A stretch of 63,705 nt of DNA, counting the filler, from Welwitschia mirabilis (taxonomy: Eukaryota), in NCBI GenBank assembly GCA_051453625.1. It is 4 parts of one record of this genome, joined end to end, with 100 filler letters (N's around TTAATTAATTAA, not from the genome) between each part and the next. Parts side by side here need not be neighbours in the genome. Positions count along the whole stretch, not along the records: positions 31,737 to 56,893 come from JBOZIK010000001.1; positions 56,994 to 60,959 come from JBOZIK010000001.1; positions 61,060 to 63,705 come from JBOZIK010000001.1; 1 more part is not named here. One strand, 5' to 3'. Made by a program: the position numbers and the translations under genes. Each line of letters opens with the position of its first letter. Position 1 is the stretch's first letter. The notes beneath the pieces are model-generated. The model had not been told where the DNA came from. It was given only the letters and a program-made list of their open reading frames with translations, and did no database searches. Below are positions 53,350 through 63,705 of the stretch, one piece after another.

Positions 53350-55217
53350 TATAAGAAAAAAAAGACTCACATTAAAAGTAAATGGTGCAATATTTTATTA
53401 GCTTATGAAGTTCATCTTTTTAATGCTTACCCTTTTCAAAAGAAGAAACAAGACATACAAAATCAGAAATAAAATACTTTTAAATAGTATTTAACTCAAG
53501 ATTATAAGTTGGTTTTTCCTTATTTCCAAATAATGGCTTTAGCAAATAAATTATGACTTAGATTCAATAAAATTCTTTAGGATAGAAATGTCATACTCCT
53601 AATATTCTTTACCAGAATATTTTAGATTTATCTATAATTCCTATTGTATATGAAGAGAGTTTTACTTTGGTGGAATCTAAAAAATGAAATTTCAATCATA
53701 GTCACCATAAAATAGAAAGAAGTATAGGGTACCCTTCCTTTTATTTTGAAAAAAAAAATAGATCATATTTCTACTTCCAATATTTTGTATGCATTATTTT
53801 CAAGTATGGATATTGATCAATAGTTAAATATTTATTTCTTAAAGATTAACATAGGCATCCGTTATTCTACTTCTCATGATGATTTTTCCATGAAATGTAT
53901 AAATCCTCATACATAGGTCTCATAGAAAATGTGCTTGTCTTTATCTTTCTTCTATTACATCTACTGGCTTTACTATTCTTTAAGAATATAATATTTCATC
54001 TTTTGGTATAGATTTTGCTGACCAACATTTTATCTATAATGGATTTCATATTTCTACCACTCATTCTAAAGGTATAGGAGGTGCTTCTATTATTTTCCAT
54101 CCTAAATGGAAGCTATCCTTACAATCCTTTAGTTAAGATAGTAATCAATTTTTTTTCTGTGGGTACTACCTTTACTTCTAATTTTGGATGTTTTGGTATG
54201 TTTTATATTTATTCCCCTATTAATTCTAGGAGTCATTGTATTTTTATGGTAATAATTAGCTTTTAAGATTTCTAATGTTCCTTGGATTTTGAAGGACATT
54301 TTAAGAGTTCAAATTAAAAAATAGGTAGTATTTTTTAAGTTATGAAGGATTTAGAACTCTTATCTTAGATTACCTTTAAGGAGTAATTTTGTTTAATTGA
54401 TAAAGAGATTTAATTTAATTTCACATCTACTTAATTAACCTCTACTTAAAGTAATTACATGTTTAGTTCTACTTGCATCCTAATTATATTATATTTGGTT
54501 TATATTTCAGCCATTTTCTTTTAGTCTACTCATTTTACCTTGAGAGTTCTAATGGATGAAATCCTATCTAATCAATTTTTAACCTTCTTGAATATTAAAG
54601 TTCATAGTAATAATCATTTAAAAAATCAATCCCTCTTTTAGTTGTAATATTAAGCACTTACTTAAAAAGATTGAAAACAGTGGCTTAAGATTTTATGAAA
54701 TGCAGATACTCGTTTTTCTCACTCATTTGATTAGATTACTTGATGGAATTACCTAATGTATAATTAGGAATTTATATTGTTATTTTTAAGAATAATTAGC
54801 TTATATTAGAAATTGTGAATATCAAAATATTTCTTCTCTAGGTAATTCTTCATTTCATCAAATTTAGTAGGATCCTATGAATGTTGAAACTCAAGTCTTA
54901 TTAGCTAATGCATTGAGACACTTACAAGCTTAGAACATGTATTATGCTTCCATTAATTTACTTAAGAGTAGACTAACCCAACTACACATTCAAAATGATA
55001 CTTGTAAAGAGTTTTTCAAATTCTTAAAATCCAAGGTAGGTGACAATCAATTCCTCTTTTACTTTATTATTGATAATACCTTAATTGCTAAGTCAAATCA
55101 TATTTTGAATTATGCCTTAGATTATTTTATAACTATTTTTAAGGAAAAGGATTTTAATCCCATTCTATTTTATCCAAATTCAACTTTCATTCCTAGAAAA
55201 TTAGTTTAGCTCACAAC
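53350..55217 (+). mobile_element. Very degenerate LINE remnant, cut by an LTR at 55218
   Basis: Weak echoes of LINE motifs: IPIVYE (~53640), FYIYSP (~54200), VPWIL (~54277) and KSRLTQLHIQNDTCKEFF (~54965). Confidence 0.4.
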
Positions 55218-56893
55218 TGTTGTAGTATGTATTTGTGCAAATGTTATGTTTTTAAACAAATCCTAAAAATGACCTATATATATTGTATAGCATAACACAC
55301 CAATATAGACGAAAGTGGATTCGAATGTCATAATTCTATCAAAGACACAAGCAAGAAGAAAGAGAATTGATTTCAAATGAAATACTTATGTAATCTAGAA
55401 GTAGAACAAAATAACAAATGCAAATGAACACACTCTGCAAATGAGATGCAAGATCTATGTTAAATGCAACAACTATTTGATTACCAAATCAACCTATCAT
55501 AGAGATTGGCCCTGTATAACATAGATCAATTAAGAAAAGCCGTCACTAGACCAAAACCAACCTAAGCTATCAGGTGCATTGAACAGAATATGAAAATAAT
55601 GTAAAGTTAATCTAGGGAATGAAATGCAATGCACCTACACTAATGATATCAATCTTAAGAAAGGTTGCCCTCATGATCTATATCATAGATGAAGCTGTAA
55701 TAGAATCATAAGTAACATAAACCATAAGGAAGATGCACATAACAAATGATATAAAAAAATAGAGTTTTGATTAAGTCAAATCAACATTCGTGTTATAAAG
55801 TAGCAGCACCTCAATGAGGAATACACAACCCAACACCAAGGAAGACATCTCTCTACAATAACAAGGGATGGATCTCCTTCCCTTCGATTTTGTGTCAAAG
55901 AATTTTTAATGCCAAAGAATATTAAGTTAGAATCAAGGATGAAGAGGTATTTATTACAAATAAAGAATTTAAAAACAGTAAATACTAATAGATGCGATAA
56001 AACCCTAACAATGGTATAAGAAGGCATAAGACACATGGCAAAAGTTTGATAAAGTTTGATAAAACATTATATTTAGGTATCATTCTACTAGTCATCTAGA
56101 CATTATAGGGGGTAATGCCACATCATACAGGATCCACATTAGCTACCAGATTAACCAATGAGTGTCCTAGTTAGCCTATATTCTTTTGTCATCTATATAA
56201 CTGTTCAGATGATAAGGTGGACGATGGGCTTTGTAAAGATGTTTCTTATGTTAGATTAGACTCTTTGATTACAAGATTACTGCTTTAGATAGAAAGTATT
56301 GTAATTTGCCTAAAATGTTGTCAAATGTAATGAAGATTGCATGTTTTCATGATATTTATCTTAGCTACCTTTTATTATCAAAACTCAGCATCAACCCATC
56401 TAATATCCTATAAAACTACTTAAAATACCCTATTAAATATATATACATTAGTAGCATAACATATCCTTCCACTTATCCTTATCAGTCCCTGACAAAATTA
56501 TGTAAACAATCATGATTGCGAGCCAAATTGACTAAAGGTAAATGAACTAGAAAACTATAAAATAAAATTATAAATAATCTCAAAAATATTAGAATGTAGA
56601 ACAAAAATGTCAAAATAGATAACTCAATGTCTCACATGTGTAGAGTAAGTGGTCATACTATCATCCTGATGATCGTCCGGACGATGCAGGGAATAACAAG
56701 CTCAAAAATTATTCTTGAAAAATAGAAGCTTGTGAAAAATTTTTAGAAAGATCATCATTAAAACTTAAAATAATTAACATCTCTTCACTTAAATATATAT
56801 CATATCATGAAAATTATGTTAGGATTTTATTTTTGCCAATTGATGTCAAACTAATATGATCTTTGTAGAATGAAAAGTGATTTTATAGGTGCA
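55218..56893 (-). mobile_element. 3' LTR (55218-56461), PPT and 3' internal stub of another element-D family copy
   Basis: Aligns with 37078-38295. Minus-strand AAGTGGAAGGATA at 56462-56474 precedes the LTR, in a context resembling the element A PPT. Confidence 0.85.
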
Positions 56894-56993
56894 NNNNNNN
56901 NNNNNNNNNNNNNNNNNNNNNNNNNNNNNNNNNNNNNTTAATTAATTAANNNNNNNNNNNNNNNNNNNNNNNNNNNNNNNNNNNNNNNNNNNN

Positions 56994-59200
56994 CATACAC
57001 CCTAGTGAAGACATAAAGTTGAAAATTGGAAAAATCTGATAGCATTTCTATTGTCTCTTTTATAATGAAATAACACATTTTTATTAAAGTAATAAGGTTT
57101 AAAAGAAAGAAGAGTTTTCTAACAAATATCTAATTTTAACAATTATTTAATTCCCTCATTTAATAACTATATTTACTTGCATTCCATTAACACCATTGAT
57201 TCCAAATCCAATATCTACTTCTTGAAGCATCTNNNNNNNNNNNNNNNNNNNNNNNNNNNNNNNNNNNNNNNNNNNNNNNNNNNNNNNNNNNNNNNNNNNN
57301 NNNNNNNNNNNNNNNNNNNNNNNNNNNNNNNNATAAGGTTTAAAAGAAATAAGAGTTTGCTAACAAATATCTAAGTTTAACAATTATTTAATCCTCTCAT
57401 TTAATAACTATATATACTTTCATTCCATCAACACCATTGATTCCAAATCCAATATCTACTTCTTGAAGCATCTTCGTATCATTAGCACCATCACCAATTG
57501 CTAATGTAGTCTTCCCTATGCCTTTCTTAACTAGTTTTATATTCTAAAACAATAATGACATCCTTTAAAATTATATTAAGGCTAATGAGTTAAGGAATCC
57601 CCATTTAAATACTTCATTTACATTATTTCAAGCATAATGACTATGAATACTTTAAGTTGGACAACTTAGATTGAATTATAATTATAGTCTTTNNNNNNNN
57701 NNNNNNNNNNNNNNNNNNNNNNNNNNNNNNNNNNNNNNNNNNNNNNNNNNNNNNNNNNNNNNNNNNNNNNNNNNNNNNNNNNNNNNNNNNNNACTTTAGT
57801 TTAATTGGATATGTTACAAATTAAAAACCTTAAGTTCTATTTTTCTCACTGCCCATGCCCTAATGGAGCTCATAAATGATTGTGTTCAGTTAGTTTTCAA
57901 CATGGTCACAAGGTTGCAGGGGCATAAATTCGACAGGATGCCATTAGTTCCATCTTCATCCTGATAGACAATCATCAGCAAAAGTTTTTATGTTCATATG
58001 CAATAAAATTATCATTGAAATAAAAATGTCATAAATGTAAATTTACCTAGTTAAAGCTAAAATCAATTCCAAGCTTTTAAAAGCTCGAAACAATAGCTTT
58101 TGCTATTTCTAAGGTATCTAGTTTACCTAATTGATGAGATTCAATAACCCAGATCAAATAACTATGCCATAAATAACTGAATTAAAAGAACAGTTAAGAC
58201 ACAAAATTGTTATACTGACCCATCAGCAAATTCTTTCATTCTGCAAACCAAAGAATGAGTATCTCAAAGTGTATAAGGTTGTAAATTAAAATAAGTTTAG
58301 CTAATGAATTATGAATCTTAAGACTATAACCCAAAAAGACCCCAGTACTGCTCTACCAGGATCTTCATTGCTACTTGAAAAGCAACAACCTGAAAAATAT
58401 AAATGCTCACAATCACAAAATCTTGGATCACATGAAATAGAGATGTACAAGATGTAGACTACCTGATTTTCCATTTGTGGTGTTATTACTGCATAATTAT
58501 TTAACTACATAATATAAAACAACAATGACATCCTTTGAAATGATATTGAGGCTGACAGGTTGAGGAATTCCAATTTACATACTTCTTTTACATCATTTCA
58601 AGCATAATGACTACCAAGACTCTAAGTTGGATAGCTTATATTAAATGACAATTATAATCTTTAAAATTAATTAAGAGCCATAAAATGTAAACTGTTATGA
58701 TTAATGAACACTTCAAAAAAGGATTTTTACATGCTTACCCATGCCTTCTGCTTTGGTGATACTTTGCAGTATATAGCTGATGCATCATCAAGGAAACTGC
58801 TAAGAAAGTATTATTTCAGATCTTCTTTAAGGACATATATTAGTGACTCTTCATTAATACTGAGTGTATATGAATTATTACCTTCTACTACTAAGTTCAC
58901 TTGTAATTTTCCATTTTGTAGCTACTTAGTAATACTTTCTTTGTCAGCTTAGGAAAATTTCTCATAACAAAACACAGCTAGTTATTTTTTGAAAACTTGA
59001 TTACATTACAAAAGTCTTGCAAAATCATAGATAGAAGAAGGAAAGATGAGCATAATGACATGATAATAAAATTTGCAAGCTAAACATGAAACTTAATAAA
59101 TGTTAATAAATTTAGAGACAATCAAAGGGATATTAACCTCATCTTAACCAGTTAGTACAATAAGACCCATTAGATAAAAAAATTTGATAATGCATAATAG
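56994..59200 (-). pseudogene. P4-type ATPase (ALA phospholipid flippase) pseudogene fragments
   Basis: An exon ending at 58739 reads ESLIYVLKEDLK*YFL...AIYCKVSPKQKAW. Exon 57543-57418 reads [45 protein letters not shown] occurs near 57040 and VLTG* near 59140. Confidence 0.88.
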
Positions 59201-61059
59201 ACACATCAAAATGATATTGACATTATCTCAATATTTAACATGCACCAGTGGAATAAAAATGAATAACCTGAATTCTAAATGAAAAAAATAGAAGAAAATA
59301 TCAACCTTGATGTTTTTGAGAAATAATTCCAATTAAATTGACTTTACCTTGCAAACTACGGATTACCAACTCACATCAATAATGAATTTATAAATAGATA
59401 CAAAATTTTTTTGTATAAAATTCTTCAGATTTGAAAACTTAAAGATCCCAAGTAATGGTATAATCTAAAACTAAATGTGGTTGATGGGACCTAACTTTAA
59501 ATGACACCTAAAGTTGTAATTATTTCTTAGAGTTAAGGATTTGCTTCAAACAAAAGATACTAGAATTATTACAGTTGTGACTTCTAAAATGATTTAGAAT
59601 TATTGCTATAGAAACATTAGTCACTCTATGTGTTTTTAACTACAAATAGATCCTAGGAACAATGGAGTTAGGTAGGGCCCAGACTTCCAATTTTATTAAG
59701 AGAACATGCATGTTAAATAGTTGTCTAAAACCTAATTTCAGCAAAGGATAAATTTTTAGAAAATGTTAGGATGCAAGAGATAATATCTCTTACTCTATTT
59801 TAATCTTTAAACTACTTTATGATTGATGCTATATTTTTTCTAGTTAAGATGTTGGCCATTTCTATGTAGCTTAGATCTGCATTACTGATAACAACTTGCT
59901 AATCTTAACATAATGATAAACTATAACATAGACTCATATTATTTTTGATGAGTGGATGGGAATGGAACTTCATCTTGCAGTTATAGTGTATGATCTATTG
60001 AAATGTGGTGTACTTTTTTGGGTGTCTCCTTTTTTTGATGCTACGTTTTTGTCTTTCTCCTTCCTAATTTCAAAATGCCCTTCTTCATTACAATATTTCA
60101 TTTTAATCTCTTCTAATGAAGTCTTCCTCTGTTATGAATGCAACCACTTCTCCCAATGTCTTTTCTTGTGTTTTTTTCATAAATTTCTTTTAATGTCTTT
60201 CTTATGTGGGCCTAGCAAGTTCCAAAGGGATATTTTAAATGTTGTTACAGTAGTTAAGATTATAAGGGCTACTATAACACTTATGAATCTCTTCATTGGA
60301 AGGAAACATACACCCTTCAATATGAAGGAACATAGGCCCTTAAATGTTGTTACAGTAGTCAAGAGTGTGAGGGATACTATAACAGTTATGAATCTCTTTC
60401 AACATTCTCATATGATAGAAATTTCCTTAAGCAAACATTCATTCCTTTAAGCATAAAATGTAGAGCCTTTATTGAAGGAGATAATCAATATAAAGGGTTA
60501 AGCTTGTTGAGCAACTTGTATTCATCTTTGACACCTAAAAAAAGAAATATTATCTGTTAAATATTAAGTCTATCAATAACAATATTTATGAGAAGAATAG
60601 ATTTTTGGTAAGGCTAGAAATGGAAAATCTTATCTTACTTCCAAAGGAGATGCTCTAGTAGAAGATGGAATTAGAAGCATTATCCTGAACTGAGATCATT
60701 CCAATTAGCAGAGGAGAAATGGAATAAAGATGGAGATGCTATAGCAGAGAAATAAAGATGAAGTTAGAAGAATTCTTTTCTCCATTTCCATGCAATGTTA
60801 TATCTGAGTACTTGCAAGGAGAAGAAAGCATTAGCATCTTCAAGGTAATGCTTCCATATGAGCAGAGGCTCTAAGACAGAAAAAGAAAAAGGCAAGATTT
60901 CACAAATGCTATAGGACAGAAAAAGAAAAAGCCATTATTTCAAATGAAACAAATCAAAANNNNNNNNNNNNNNNNNNNNNNNNNNNNNNNNNNNNNNNNN
61001 NNNTTAATTAATTAANNNNNNNNNNNNNNNNNNNNNNNNNNNNNNNNNNNNNNNNNNNN

Positions 61060-61743
61060 CTACAGAAAGGGGTTTTTTTAGTGTTAGGCTGTGTCTCTTC
61101 CATTGAGGTGTTGTTATTCTGTTATAAGTGGATGTAAAGTCCTTTCCATTAATACAAATACTCTTTTCATTCCAATTCTGTGAATGTCTCTTATGGTTTG
61201 AGTTAGTCATAGTAAGTGATAGTTCAATGATTTATTTAGATTATGAGGGCAACTTTTATTAAGGCTAACCTTGCTTAGTACTAGGCTTACATTGCATTTC
61301 CATTTCATTTCATATTGCATATTGAATATTCTACTTGGTAGATCTCATATTTTATGTTGGTTAAGAATTAGTAGATACTCTTCTTAATTGATATGAATTA
61401 TAGGAAGGATAATTTTTGTGACAGAAAGGCTAGAAGTTAGTCCTTGTGATAGAAGAATTAGGAACCAAGTGAATCCATTTTATTCCCACTTCCATTCACT
61501 TGCATTTCATATTCATTCATCTTGCATTATATTTGCTTTATTATTTACTTTCAGATAGTAAAAGATAAAATATCAAAAACTACCTTTTGGAAATCAATTC
61601 TCTAACTTTGAGCCTAGTGCCTTTATTAAAGATTACGACATTCGGGTGAACTCTCGTCTATACTAGCGTGTGTTTTTCTGCAAGTTATTTGATTACAGGT
61701 TTATCTAAGGGACTTCAGGATTGCATAAATTCACACTAAAACA
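61060..61743 (+). repeat. Athila-like LTR 3' portion
   Basis: GACATTCGGGTGAACTCTCGTCTATACTAGCGTGTG resembles the element A LTR end; ends ...AAAACA. Confidence 0.55.
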
Positions 61744-63705
61744 CTAGATATGATGCCTCTCAATCCACTTTTATTACTTTAGTCTTTGGCCAAGAAATGC
61801 ACATCACTGCAGATCTAATAGCTTCCCTTACTGGACTTGCCATGGGGAACTAGGGTGAATACTGGCCTATGGCTAAATCTTTTAAAGAAAAGAATGCAGC
61901 CACTCACCATGTGTGTGGCACTTACATCATTTGGAAGAAGACACTTAAAGCTTCCCAACTTCTTCCAAGATTCCGTCTGTTGCACCTCATAATATCATAC
62001 AATTTCTTAGTAGTTACTGGCCACAGAGATAAGCTTTTCAACTATCGGGTCTTCCTACTATATGTGCTAGACAGGAGAAGAAACATTGATGCTACTGGGA
62101 TCATGCTCAAGCACATGACCAACCAGCTTCAGTCGCATAAGAGACGTGATCTGTCCTATCCTTTCCTCATCACACGGATTTGTTGTCACTTGACATTCTG
62201 CATCTGGTTAGGCAGGAGATCCAGAAGCCCATGGGGCCTATTGATCGTGCTACTTTGTCCAGGATGCATATTTTTGAAGAACCAACTGCTCCTTCTAGGC
62301 CTAAGGTTAAGGCCTCTTAGGCCCTGGAGATCCTTCATCTCTTGCATCGTATCGACTCACGGACTTGTCATATCAAGGAGTCACTTATTGCCAGTGGTAC
62401 TCTAATTGCTGACACCTCTCAGAGTGAGGGTGCTCAGTCGTCTGAGTCCTATGAATTCGATTAAGTCTATGTATCATTTTCTTTGTCTTCTACTTTTTAG
62501 TTGCGCTTCCTGTCCTTGATTTCGTCAAAAAGGGGGAGAACAATTTGTATTCATATTGTTACATTCTGTCACTTCTTTGTATTGTATTCACAAAAATGCA
62601 TCTTTCATAATGTAATGCAATTTTTTGAGTAATACAAAGAAGTCTTTTTCCTGTGAAAATCTCTTTGATCTTTACTAACTTACTTTCATACAAAACTCGT
62701 TTAAATTTAATTGTTTTCGAAGTTAAATGAGTTAGGGGGAGAACCCATATGTCAAATTATTGTTTTTCCTCAATCAATGACAATGGGGGAGTTTTTTGAG
62801 AATCAATTATCATTGATTAATTTAACGAGTTTTTGTAGTTAGTCTATTGTGCAGAGATTTCCCAGCACCAGGCGATCGACTCCAAATACCGGGCAACCGA
62901 CCTGTTAAAGAACTATGATACTGCTTCAGAATCAGGTGACCACACACGTAACACCAGGTGACTGAAAACTATTATTCAGGCAATCAAAAACTATTATTTG
63001 GATAACCCCATTTTGATCTTGTGTGTAAGAACTAGGGCAAACATGGACGACCGCTAAAAATACACGAGTGACCGTATTGCATTCTGCGAAATTCAGTTTG
63101 ATAACAGAATGTGCGACCAACTAGAATCAGATGGGCGACCACACGACAATCAATAAAGCCTGAATTTGATGAATGTAAAGGTAACTAAAGGATGTGAGTA
63201 CGAGCAACTATATTATGCCCAGAATCTACCCTCATAAGATCGACCGAGTAAAAATTATTAGGGCAACCAAATAAAGGTTGACCACATATAAACCTAAGGG
63301 CAACTGAATATGCACCTGTTATGTATTGATAAAACTGTGATAAGAAAAGATAACTGAATGTTAGGAATAAGGGCGATCACAGGTTCGGCAACTGAGGACT
63401 ATGTTAAGGTCGACTGTATGAAGAAAAAATGTAACCATTATGACTTCAACAGCTCATCAAAAGGAACACAGCGGTTCATTAGAAAGCACAACAGCTCGCT
63501 TCATCCTGATAAAACAGTTACCTTATGCATCTTTAGTATTTAAGCTCTCCTCTAATCAAATAAGGTATCAAGCTTACTATAAAAAATCTGAGATTGAAAA
63601 AGAAGAACTGTCATACTCTTTTGAGACTATATCTGAGCTAGCTTTAAGTTCAGATATTTGATTGAATCTCTTATTGTATCTACTTAGAAGAAGAGATTGT
63701 TGTAC
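61744..63705 (+). mobile_element. Sirevirus-type copia 3' end: extra-ORF remnant, multiple PPTs and 3' LTR
   Basis: ORF with DLSYPFLITRIC; GGGGGAG at ~62532, ~62735 and ~62785. LTR from ~62794 with repeated GGCGACCGAC-like motifs and CTATAAAA at 63577. Confidence 0.75.

Noticed and set aside
37078-56461. One 19-kb LTR element that captured the JAG-like gene
   Set aside because: The PBS and PPT lie outside the LTR pair, so the LTRs belong to two different elements.
59956-60450. 164-aa ORF with an internal ~105-bp duplication
   Set aside because: Hydrophobic low-information translation with no recognisable domain.

Overview
AT-rich plant nuclear DNA from a gapped scaffold, made mostly of decayed transposable elements. 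It holds three L1-type LINE remnants (1-6149) and at least four Athila-type Ty3/gypsy elements (7.6-38.3 kb plus a 3' LTR at 55.2 kb), one of them nested inside another's protease domain. A ~1.23-kb tandem array carrying tRNA-derived SINE-like heads lies at 41.8-47.4 kb, and the 3' end of a Sirevirus-type copia element lies at 61.7-63.7 kb. One probable host gene is present: a five-exon JAGGED-like C2H2 zinc-finger gene (minus strand, 49321-51195) with an assembly gap in exon 4. A broken P4-ATPase (ALA flippase) pseudogene lies at ~57-59 kb. The most unusual object is a 2.3-kb TSD-flanked TRIM-like insertion (44420-46734). It begins with a DNA copy of the 3' half of the tRNA-iMet primer joined to minus-strand LTR sequence, and also contains a fold-back inverted repeat and two different LTR types. 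All alignments were made by eye, so boundaries are approximate.
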